Source: Chlorokybus atmophyticus
Taxonomy: Eukaryota; Plantae; Mesostigma and Chlorokybus algae
Direction of reading: 5' to 3'
NCBI GenBank assembly: GCA_009103225.1
Contig: RHPI01002262.1
Location: forward strand, 598,317 to 662,316
DNA length: 64,000 bases
The notes beneath the pieces are model-generated. The model had not been told where the DNA came from. It saw nothing but the letters and a program-made list of their open reading frames with translations, and searched no databases. The position numbers and the translations under genes were made by a program. Shown here piece by piece: positions 1 through 17,247 of this stretch; position 1 is the stretch's first letter; every line of letters begins with the position of its first letter.

Positions 1-767
1 CACTTCAACAGGCTCAGGGCGGAGAGGGAGGCAGCTGCTGAGGTGAGGATGAGGGGGTTGGGTTGCATCTGTGTATATGTGTGTGTGTATGTGTGTGTGC
101 GCGTGCCCGTGCATGGTGTTCAGAGTGAGCGCAAGTATGCACGCAAGCCCACCCACTCGTTGCGCACGCACATACGGGCACGCACGTTTTTATTAAGCTG
201 CTTGGTCATTGTGGCGACTGCTAGACGGAATAGTTACATAGCTTCTGTGTTGCAATAAGCAGCAGCATCGGGCTGGGGTCAGCATGTGTTGAGTTCTGCG
301 GTTTCTGGTTTTCAATTTCAAGAGGCCAGTAAAAGAAGAGAAAACATATTGCTTTCACAAACTGACAAGTGAGACAAGTGTGAGTGTTGGTAGCTTCCAA
401 CCCGCTCTTTTTCACTGGCTGTGTCTTTCTCTCGTTTAGATTAGACAGAGACACTTGGTCTTCGTGTCTTTCATAAGACACGAGGAACCAGTGTGTTTGT
501 CTAATCTGTCGCACGCTCTCTCCCTCCCAGGCTCTGAGGCAGCACCGGGCCGACACCCGCATGAGCATCGCCAAGTTCACGAGCTACATCCCAAAGGGAC
601 CCGCCATTAGCCTCTTCAACAGCAGCGGCAGCAACGGGTCACGTGTATCACAATCGATCAACAATGGCAACAATGGTAAAATTGGCGCGATGGAGAGCGT
701 GGCTTCGCTTGCGGACTCGCATCAGAGCTTGTCCGGCACGCGGCTTGACCAGATGGCAACTACTTGA
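1..767 (+). CDS. 3' end (last two exons) of a gene that begins before the window; unknown product
   Basis: Exon 1-42 (HFNRLRAEREAAAE) ends at GAG|GTGAGG. The acceptor CCCTCCCAG at 530 is followed by an in-frame exon 531-767 (ALRQHRADTRMSIAKF...DQMATT*). No recognisable domain. Confidence 0.5.
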
Positions 768-1352
768 TGTTAATGTTGATGAATGTAGGTGAATAGCTGT
801 GTCTATATAGCGATAGCAGCAGGTAGGTTGTTGTTGGTGTATGCAATTTGCTTGGTGCAAGGCAGTGTTGCATACATGTACATAGGTTGTAGTGTAGCTT
901 GTGACGGTGTTGAAGACAATAGTGGGGTTTGCCCGTCGCTTGCTGCAATGTCAATAATCTATTACTACCAATGTTGTGTGTACATGTCATTGTCGCAACA
1001 TGAATGCAACATTGATCAACAACAATGACAGCAGTTTGGTTAAACTCCTGTCATGCCAGTCGGATGTAAGATTGGTTGTGAATGGGTGCTCTTTTGGTGT
1101 AGATCGCACGCACTGCCGCGGGGCATGCTTGGCCTTGGTGATGATGATGTTGATGGTAGTCCTCTACATCCATCAACGCTTGCCACCGTGCTGCATCAGA
1201 AATGCAAAGTCATTGGCATGACTACAAGCACGCAATGTGTAGGCAACGTCCAATGCTAATATAAGGAGGCAATGGAAGTGTTGGCAACTGCAGAGACAAC
1301 GACTGCCTCGTAGTGTCCTACTGCATGGCACGCACCTTTTGATGACTTCTTT

Positions 1353-3692
<2,340 letters not shown>

Positions 3693-4129
3693 CACCTGCA
3701 GATGATGTGTTGATGTTGATGTGGGCGTGGGTGGTGCAGTTTGTTGCTGGTGTTAGTGTGGGTGTGGGTGTTGGTGCTAGTAGTTTCTGTGGCTGTGGCT
3801 GTGGCTGCTGCTGCTGCTACTGTTGTCATTGCTGTTGCTGTGGCTGATGTTGCTGTGTGACAGCTTCTCTGTCTGCGGCTACATTGCTGTTGTTGTTGCT
3901 GTCCTTGTCATCAGCGTGGTCATCTCTGCTGCTTTATTTTTCAGTTCAACTGACCCAAAAGGCTGAACCACTTGGTAGCTTGATGCATGCTTCCCGATCT
4001 AACCACTGACTGCAGCTTACGTATGCTTGGAAGCTTAGATCTTCTTTACCAAGTAGATCTAAAATTTCAAGCACAGTCTTGTAGATTGTCAGCAAGTACG
4101 AAGTTAAACACTGCTTCTGCATACCAAAG

Positions 4130-4331
4130 CAGGCCAGGCCGGGCCAGGCCAGGCCAACTGACCTTGGAGTTGGTCCGCTCCCACTGGAACCGTCTGGGCC
4201 CAGGCTTCGCTTCCACCGCAGGCGCCATCGGCCCGCACTCCTTCCTCGCCTAGCCTGGTGTGGCGGCGGCAGCAGCCTGACCTGGCCTGGCCTCCGCCCA
4301 GCTCCGCCCAGCCCTGGTCCGTCCTGGCCTG
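4130..4331. repeat. CCWGG-rich segment with imperfect 19-bp terminal inverted repeats
   Basis: CAGGCCAGGCCGGGCCAGG (4130-4148) matches the reverse complement of 4313-4331 at 17/19. CCAGG dominates the left half and CCTGG the right half. Confidence 0.5.
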
Positions 4332-5218
4332 GTCAGTGCATGCAATTCATACCATTCGCAATGCTTCTGCTGCACGTTTTGTTCTGTGATTTCTTCTGCG
4401 GCTTTTGGGGTAGTCAAATTAGCGGGTCAATGTTTTGTGTCAGACAGTCTCACGCAAGACCGTCACGCGGGTGACGGCTCCCACGAGGCGTAACGCGCAG
4501 GTAAGTGCCGGTTCGAGATACAGTGTACCGGGTACATCCGTTACAGTTCACAATAACCGCGTTGGTGGGCGGTTCCAAACAACAGCTAGCGGTAGACATG
4601 GCAACACAATCAAGCGGTAGAGCACCAATGACGTGCAACTTTCTGCCGTCTGACCGGCAGCTTCCTGATAGCAGCCGGTGCCGTCTCTTGGTAATGGAGC
4701 GGAGGCAGATTAGCTCATGTCCGGAGTGTAAACGGCAGTATATTAACGGCAGCAAATGAACGACTCGAGCAAACAGTACCGGTAGACGTATGCGACGTCG
4801 TCGGTCAAGTCGCTTGAATTCATGACGAGGCCGATTCGCGTTGCGCAATTTCGACCCCCTAATGATCAATACGAATAACCTCATTATACCAATACCATCT
4901 GTACTGTAAAAGTTACGCAACAGCCGTCGTTTCCGTATCACAAAAGTACCTCTCAGACTGTGCAATGAGAAAATGACAGTTAGCTGTGGCCCTCAGTTAG
5001 GGTTTCTGACTGCATTGGGCACCTTACCTTGGTGGTGGTGTAGGTGGAGGGGGCGGTCGAGGCGGCGGCGGCGGCAGGCGAGGTGTTGCCGTCGTCGTTG
5101 AGGTCGTCGTTGTGGTGTCGACGGCTGGGCGGTGGGCGCCCGGTGCCGTCGGATCTCTTACCCGGCATGGCCGGGAGAGTGACTTGAAGTTGGAGGGTGG
5201 GGCAAGGGGAGGTTGGTT

Positions 5219-8745
<3,527 letters not shown>

Positions 8746-9995
8746 GCAGTAGGATGAGGGTGGCAAGATAGTATGAGCAGTGTTTAATTGTATCAATGTT
8801 GAGTGATCCGTGTAGTCGAACGGTCGCATGACTCGCTGTGCTTATGGGGGCACCATTGACACCATTTGTGACTGTAATGTTGTTGGCATGCCATTACGCA
8901 AGCTGCAACAATAATTGTGGTTAATTGTTGCTCCGCGCAGTTGGAAACTGATGTCATAAGTCTAGTTGATGCTTACACAACTTGTACAGTACATCTAGGT
9001 CCGTGTTGTGTTCGCAGTTGTTGTGGTGTGGCCTTGGCGGCACTAGTGTAGTTTGCCATGCTGTGCGTGGGTGTGGTGTGTGCCTTAGAGGTTTTGGATT
9101 AGGCATGGACACGAACTGATTGCCGTTTGTTTTTGTTTACAATATTAGTGTTTGAGGCGTTGTGGTGGTTATAGCGGTGTTTTCTCTCTCATTACTACAG
9201 CAGTATTTCTACTGATATCATTTGTTGCTAAGGCTAAGCCGCCCAGCGTGCTGATTGTGTGCTGGTGTTGTTGCTGTTGCCCAAGCTGGATCAACCATTT
9301 CTACACGTCCATGGCGCTTGCAACTGTGCGTAGTGCAGCCTGCTTGAAGTGCGCCCCAATGTTGTGCACCCTGTTGACTTTGTGCATACGGCTGCATGCT
9401 TGTGCTGTCTTGGATTACCTTAACTCAGTCGCCTTGGCTGTGAACGAGTCTGCCCTCACTCTCATGCCTTGCATATCAGAGTAATCAATGGCAGATATAA
9501 AGGAATGCAACCTACACCATGGCGCCTGCAGTGCGAGATCAAAGCAACCTGAGGAGATAGCAGCAATCACAGTTGATTCACCAGGCTGTGAACTTGCCTA
9601 CCGATATGCTTTCATATATCAAATGTCATCGACGTGAACAGTGCTTGCTGTGCTTTGGTTAACACCCGCATGAACAGCGACGCAGCTGGCATGCCTCTGC
9701 CTTTGCCTGGGCTTAGAGCCCCCGTGTTTGGAGTCAGTGAGCGTTGCTAATGCCGCTGGGAATATTTGTGTTTGTGTGTCTATCTGTATCTGTACCTATG
9801 CCTGCACTCATCAGCGCGCCACTGTTATGCAACAACGCAAATGCAGCAGCAGATGCAAACTTTTGCTGTTTAAGTACGGGTGTGCCTGCAACAGTTTTAG
9901 CCAAACTCTCGTTTTGTTTCTGTGCTATAGCCAATGTCTACAAGAACTGTCATAGACCCATCCAAAACCGATACTGACAAAACCAGAGTAAGCTG

Positions 9996-12900
9996 TTATT
10001 GATCTGCCAGGCACTTCTCAAACCCGGCCCGCAGCTCTGCCTCATTAAGCTTCTTGCCGATGAACACGAGACGGCTTGCCCGCTTCTCATCAGGACCCCA
10101 CGGCCGCTCCGGCATGCCATCAAAGAGCTGGTGCACACCCTGATGCCAGACGCGCAACCATCAGTTCCGCAATGCGAGTGCGCACATGCACACAGTTGCC
10201 ACACACACGCGCACGTGTGCACGTGCATGCGCACGCACACACACGCGCTTGCTAAATATGAGAACGCGCATCGCATGCATGCACACATGGATGCAACAAC
10301 AACAAATTTGTCATCATGGCCTGCAACTTGTACCTGGAACACAAAGCGCTCTTCGCTGCCTGCGATCGCAAGAACTCCCTTCATCCGATAGAGCGTGTCG
10401 GCACCGTCCTCAATCAGAGCACCCAGCCAATAGTTCACCTACGGTGATTCAATCAAACTCCACCATCAGTCGCATACTTGATATAAACGCACTAACAAGC
10501 AGAAGCAGTACGCATGCACACAAGCTGCTGCTCAGCATACAACCCACCTTGTCAAGGTCAAGCTCGCCGTCCAGGCGCAAGGAGACCGACGTGACATCCG
10601 GATTGTGCGTATGCGCATGCGCGTGCGTGTGTTCATGGTTGTGCTCGTGTTCATGTTTGTGACCATGGTCATGCTGTTCGCAGTCAGGGGCGCAGTCAGG
10701 GCCATGCTCGTGGTCATGGTGATGATCGTGTTCATGGCTGTGTTCGTGCTTGTGGTCGTGATCGTGTGCTTCTGCAGCCTCTGCCTCTAGAATCTGCACG
10801 TGCGATACGTGTTGGCACACACAAGAGCACACAGCACGCACACTCGACACATGCACTAATCCAGTACAAGGTTACACACACGCGGCACAATCAACGTGAG
10901 TTAATACACTTCACCATGCCAACAATGCCATCAGAAAGACGACTCATGGCCCAATGAGAACATGCATCCCTCATTAGAGCAAGCAATAGACGTGTTTTGG
11001 ATTTTACCTCAGATTCCACTCTGTCAAGGTCAAAGCCGCCGATGCCCAGCACATAGTCCACATCAACATCAGACTTGACCGCGCGCTTCAGTCTGGCCAG
11101 ACCATTGATGGTTTTAATCTTGCGCTCGAGGTTGTCAAGGCGAGCGCTGTCGTTGATGAGGTCCGTCTTGTTAAGGATCAACCGATCAGCAAAGGCAATC
11201 TGATCCACTGCCTCGCTGTTGGGCTCATCTTCGCTTTCCTGCAAGAAAAACAGCATTTGGTAGCTGGCAGCGCACGCGCTTGACGACACATGACGGAAGC
11301 ATCACAGCAACAACAACATCGCCTGATACAAGGTGAGTTGAGGCATACCCGCACGCGATTACCACTTTAACCCCAACCATCATTACCATGTGCGGCGCTT
11401 CCGGCCCCCACACTCCACCCAAACCAGTATGGCTTCATAGTGATACACGCATACAGCAAGTCAACACACACGCACACACATGCAGTTATGCACAAAAGGG
11501 GCACTATGACACACTTCTCAAGTACTTCATGGAAAGTACATGTAATGCTGTCACAAGGTTTGTGATACCTTCACAAGATGGCGTTCAATGTTCACTGCAT
11601 CCACAACCGTGACAACTCCATCAAGCTTCACGTGCTCAAGCAGTCTCGCATCCAGGTAAAACGACTGGATGACCGGAACAGGATTGGCCACGCCGGTTGT
11701 CTCGATGATGATGTGGTCAAACTTGTCCTTTTTGGTGTAAACCAGGTCCGTCATCATGCGCACCAGATCACCGCGGACCTGCGGACAGATGATGATGAGA
11801 CTGTTCTGCGACTCCATATCAGAACTAGCTTGTGAATGTCAGATAAGTTGCTACTTTTCTTGATCTGATCGAGCCTCTCGGATTACCTTGACAGGCCTTT
11901 CTTGGACTGACTATGACACTGGTTGCTATACAAGCATGAAGTGCATGTCGCACTGCCTGAATGTACTAATAATGAGCATGTATCCGCTGGGTTGACAAAC
12001 CAGATGAGAGCATTACAGCGAAACGCGACTAGTGACTTGCAACATACCGTACAGCACAAACATCCGTTGTTGAGCATTAGAATGTCCTCTGCTCCATTCT
12101 GCTGTGCTGCAACCAAGTCGCCGTCGATATCAATTTCGCCGAACTCGTTCTCAATGACAGCAATCCGCCTGTCAACAACAACCAGAATTCCATAACATCA
12201 GTAACAGGCAGCCACACTCCGGCGTGCACGTGTCCAACTGTACCTGCCATGATTTGCAGACAAGATGTGATTTAACAGCGTAGTCTTGCCAGAGCCCAGA
12301 AAGCCTGTTATGACTGTCACGGGCACGCGCGTGTCAACGGGCGCCACGTCAATAACTTCTGTTTCCTCGGACACAGCGTTGCACACGATGCTGCAAAGAA
12401 GAACAAACAATACTGAAATTGCTGTCCGCAAGGAAGCTTCTGTGCAAGGTTTGGTACGATCTGACAGACCAATTGACTGAAATGCCTTGTGGGAACGAAT
12501 ACATGTACACATGACATTGTTGTATGCCACATTATGCAAGCACAGATGCAATGTGACTTGTGGATGCAAGCCATGTTGTGCCATATCAATTGTTTGCCGC
12601 ACATAACTCACCTATATTCATTGCTTTGTTTTGTTTTGTTCTCTTTTGTTTTGTTACTCTTGGAGAGAGGAGGAGGGGGAGGGGGGGAGGCACAGTTGCA
12701 TGCATGTTGAGCTCTGAACTTGTCTCAGCAAGGACGTATTGAACGACTAGTACAACACACTGACTACACTCCAATGTGCTACAACATAGGAACTTCACCA
12801 TTCAACAGCCTACACAATCCACATCTACCATGTTGATGACACCACCGCCAAATGCAATCACTTAAACCATGACACCACCGCCCGTTGCAAACACTTAAAC

Positions 12901-13288
12901 CATCAACCGCGATTCAGCACATGCAAACAAACAACTCATGCAATCTATGAATGCTGGCATACCAGACACACACGCTTGCAGAAATGCTGTCAAACAAACG
13001 CTACTTGCACTAATGGAAACTGCGCTACGAACTCACCTGCGTTTGCTTCGCCGTTGCGCTGCCCCGCTGACTGTCGGCTGGGCACCTGCAGCAGCAGCAA
13101 GCACTGGCAGCGTTGAACGCCACCGCCTGTTGCTTTGTACAACTGCTGTGTTGAGGCGGCTAGGGTTTAAAGCCGCAGCCTGGCGCCTGCCGCTGCTGCT
13201 GGCGCCCACAGCAGCCGCCTGCTCCGGCAGAGTGCACGCGGCGGACAGCTGCTGCGCCGCCGCAACGCTGGAGAAGCAGCTGGCCATG
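9996..13288 (-). CDS. CobW: CobW/COG0523 (ZNG1-like) G3E P-loop metallochaperone GTPase with His-rich insert and plastid-type transit peptide
   Basis: Walker A TGFLGSGKTTLL, AVIENEFGE, NNGCLCCT (GCxCC metal site), Walker B IIIETTGVANP, DGVVTVVDA, QIAFADRLILNKTD, a His-rich exon (HDHDHKHEHSHEHDHHHDHEH...), and CobW_C (LYRMKGVL, FQGVH, RLVFIGKKL). Exon 1 (13288-13037) is Ala/Ser/Arg-rich. Stop TAA at 9998-9996. Confidence 0.95.
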
Positions 13289-13759
13289 CTTGACAGCTGG
13301 CGCCAAAACTTCACCCGCCTACGCCCACACAACAAATATCTTAGCAGCAAAGCCGCAGCAAGCGATACCACCAAGCATCAAAGCATGGTGCACAAAGTCA
13401 GGCAAGTAAGCCCGCCGAGACAGCTTTGTCCACGATAAGGACCGGCAAGAACAAACATTTGGACAAACAGACTGGCGACCACCATACACGCAGCGTCGGA
13501 TACTCACCTGGTAGAGCGCGTGGACAAGGCGGTCGCCGCCGCCACCGCCGCCGCTGGATAATGGATGAGGCTGGTTTCTGACCTGCGTGCGGCGTGGTGC
13601 GCGTGTACTTCAAGTACGAATAATACTGCCGCCATAATGCCATCATGCAGCACGATAATCCATGCCAAGACTGCGTTTCTGTTTTACCAATCACGTTCTT
13701 GCAGCAACTCATTCAGCCCGTAGTGGGGTTACACTGTTGAAGCTTGAAAGCATAACATG

Positions 13760-14700
13760 ATATCCCTACATGTTGATGAGATGTTATCAACATCCCATCA
13801 ATAGGAAAGGGATATTTATGACATTGCAAGGAGGGTGGCGTAACAAGCCATGTTATAAAGTACACGTAGCTATGAAAATTAGATGAGGTGGCATTATTGA
13901 GTACCCATCATGTAGCGTAAGTGATTGATTTGCAAACGCGCATGATGGTATGAATGTACAATCAAATGCAAATGCATAAGATCCTCTCTGATGAAAACTT
14001 CTTTTTACCCCATAAGAAGGTCTGTGTTTATCATGTTTACATTGAATCTTATACTGGTTATTTTTATAATAAATGTTTACTCGCATATTGCTTCGTTATC
14101 CAGTGGTATAAAGACGATTATCAGTGTTTCAATAAGGGTGGGCTGCACATAGACATTTAACACATTGATCTACTTATTTGTTTATTAGCCGCCAAGGCAA
14201 TGGGAGTTGTTTGAAATGCTTCATAAATCATACCATTAATTATCATTATAATATTTATGCCATTGTGCATTCATTCAATCATTATGATGATCATGATAAT
14301 GATTGATGTGATTGACATTGATGATAATCATCATAAATCATCATAAATCATCATGATGATTCATGATCATAATTTATCGAAATGATGAATCATTACCATG
14401 AATATGATGATGATAATTTGGTAATTGATTCATATCTTGCGTGCAATATGGTCATAGCTGCAGTTTCATTGATAGCTGTGATTGTTCAAATAGTAAGTCT
14501 CTATTCTGCATGTTTTTGCCTCTGCAGCTTATCTCGCTTCCCCGCGTGTTTTTCTTCAATGCCTCAAAAACAACTATTTGTAAATCATGCATGTTGCAGG
14601 GAAAAGGATTTGGCCAGTTTTGCCATGTGTAATTCGTGTGTTTTGTACTAACAAGTGACGTGAGTTGCATTACTTAATCAAATGTGTGCTATCTCATACG
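13760..14700. other. AT-rich island with an ATC/ATG/TGAT low-complexity core (~14220-14440)
   Basis: Visibly depleted in GC and lacking the CA/TG repeats typical of the rest of the window; the core has many ATCATGAT and TGATCA words. Confidence 0.6.
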
Positions 14701-15674
14701 GATATTAAACAACCGCAAAATCAATTGTACAATAGGAACAGTACATATAATGGGGTGGTATGTGAGGACTCTTGTCCAGACTTCTGCCCGGGTCATGCAA
14801 ATTTGTGACGGCGCCGAATTTCATGGGAAGCCGTTATTAAGGTAGTGTAAGTTGAGCCATGGCATTGCACTTGCGCATGTGCGTACTTGCTCTACAACGG
14901 TTGCTGCCGTTGAATAACAGAGAGCGTCACCTTGTATTGAATACGCCTCCACTTGCAAGTTAACACGGTTCAATCAGTTATTTGTCATGGACATTAAGCA
15001 CGCATTAAACACCTCATAATACCTTAAAGCACGTTTGCGCATGCTTATAACAGCCTCTAGCGTGTACATTATCACAGATTTGCACATAGAGTTGCAAGCA
15101 ATTTCATACTTTCATGGAAGTGCACAGCTGCAGTTTGAACCCCACCAGGAAGTCTGCTCTCCTTTGATCTCGAGTCTTTGAAATGCACGCAAGTGCATGG
15201 AAACCACTCCTACATGTACACATGTCATGTGCATCAGTCCCCAGCGTCATACTGTGGTGTGGGCTACACCACAACGTCACCGCAATACACCTGACAATGG
15301 TGTTGTTGGTATGCGCTATGTCACTTTGCATGCTGCTGACTGTGCATGCCAATATGCATGTGCATTGCCGTTTCGCATTGTTTGTACACCACCATGCCAT
15401 CGGACAACCCGTCGCACTCTACACACGATATTGCCCTTTGCATCGATGCAAAGGGCATTATGGTGTGTGGAGCGTGGGGTACAAAAGATATCTTGGATAT
15501 TCCACGCTTGCGCAATTGCCGCCAACCCCATCTCTCGTTCCATTATAATGAACGCGCAATTGTTCAATTGTCATCATCTATCATGCTTATCAACACACCT
15601 TATACACTACCATACACACAAGCATCTACCACCAGCACCATGTAGTCAACACATACAGTATCCGCATCGATACT

Positions 15675-16657
15675 CACAACCACGACATGCACCGCCGCAG
15701 AGGGAGCTTCTGTGCGTGCCGTACATGCATGCGTGTGTGTACTGACAAAACCCTAAGCCGGCAGTTGACAAGACGGCAGTAGGAGGCTGGCGGCGATGGC
15801 GGCGGGGGTGTGGGTGAAGCGGGAGGGGGAGTGATGACGCACGCATGCATGCATGTCTAATGGGTATGGGCAGTAGAGAAGGTAGGTAGCAGCTAGGTTG
15901 GCAGCCCGGTGGTTAATAAGAGTGCTTCATGGTGTGGTGAGTCGACCGCTCATGCATGTGTGTGTCACACTCTCATGCGTGTCACAATCCTTGCACTCTA
16001 TTTATTATACACTCCATGCCCTGGTTGGTGCGGCCATCCCATGCCAGAGGCTAGTCCAGTCCGCTCGTGCAGTTGAGGTGAGCGGCTGGCTACCCTATGT
16101 TACGGCATAGGGCGTGCATGTCACCGTGCTATGGTGTGGTGTGGTGTGGATAGGTGGGTGTTTGACCGGGAGCACCCTGCATGTGTAGTTGCCTAGTTGA
16201 TACCGAGAGTTGGTGCCCACCCCACTAGCCATGCATTGCAATGCACAAGACGAAGTCACAAGTGAAAGTTGACATGGGGAGCAGCGAAGTCTGCCCGTGT
16301 CATGAAAGTAGACGCACACAACCACGACATGCACCGCCGCAGAGGGAGTTTCCGTGCGTGCCGTACATGCATGCGTGTGTGTACTGACAAAACCCTAAGC
16401 CGGCAGTTGACAAGCCGGCAGTAGGAGGCTGGCGATGGCGACGGGGGTGTGGATGAAGCGGGAGGGGGAGTGATGACACACGCATGCATGCATGTCTAAT
16501 GGGTATGGGCAGTAGAGAAGGTAGGTAGCAGCTAGGTTGGCAGCTTGGTGGTTAATAAGAGTGCTTCATGGTGTGGTGAGTCGACTGCTCATGCATGTGT
16601 GTGTCACACTCTCATGCATGCCACAATCCTTGCACTCTGTTTATCATACACCATGCC
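15675..16657. repeat. Direct duplication of a ~345-bp segment (15675-16020 and 16317-16657) separated by ~300 bp of unique sequence
   Basis: Near-identical copies, for example CACAACCACGACATGCACCGCCGCAGAGGGAG and GTACTGACAAAACCCTAAGCCGGCAGTTGACAAG in both; the duplicated ORFs 15646-15846 and 16300-16485 mirror this. Confidence 0.9.
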
Positions 16658-16955
16658 ACCAACTCCACCACTCACCCACGCTCTCACACACCAACACGCA
16701 CTCACTCATGCAATGCAAATAGTAGACCAGGCTGAGCCATGATGCATCATTGGTCATTTGCCTTTGTGATGCTGCCTGATAATTACGAAATGCATAGGCA
16801 AGAACCATAGCACGACCCCACGCAAGCCAAACTACGCGCAGCAGCATACCGCTTTTGTATATGCACGTAAAGTGTACAAAAGATGCAAAGTACAACTGTG
16901 CTTGCATCTTGCACAGTGTATAATATAGTATGCAAGGATTGTGGCATGCATGAGA
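16610..16955. repeat. Perfect 25-bp inverted repeat (16610-16634 / 16931-16955) with a ~296-bp spacer
   Basis: TCTCATGCATGCCACAATCCTTGCA pairs with TGCAAGGATTGTGGCATGCATGAGA. Confidence 0.75.
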
Positions 16956-17247
16956 ATGTAGCAAACATGCATACAGTCCGCACACTACACCATCGCACAG
17001 TGTCTTTGAGTGTACCAAAGATGCGAGAGGCAATGTGCCTAGCGCAACTTTTATGTGCTCTATGTCAGCACGAACAACAATAGATGCTTAGAGTGTTGGA
17101 TGAAGATCGGGTGAGTATGCATGAATATGTACATCGTGTAGCGTATGCATGCTTAAGTATACGCACGCGTAATCTGCGTACTGCATACAGTTATAACATC
17201 ACTATACACAAGCTACACGGCACACATCTAAACACTCGCTGCTCATA

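Noticed and set aside
16093-16112. CCCTATG-loop-CATAGGG hairpin as a Helitron 3' end
   Set aside because: No CTRR terminus at the expected distance on either strand, and only a 7-bp stem.
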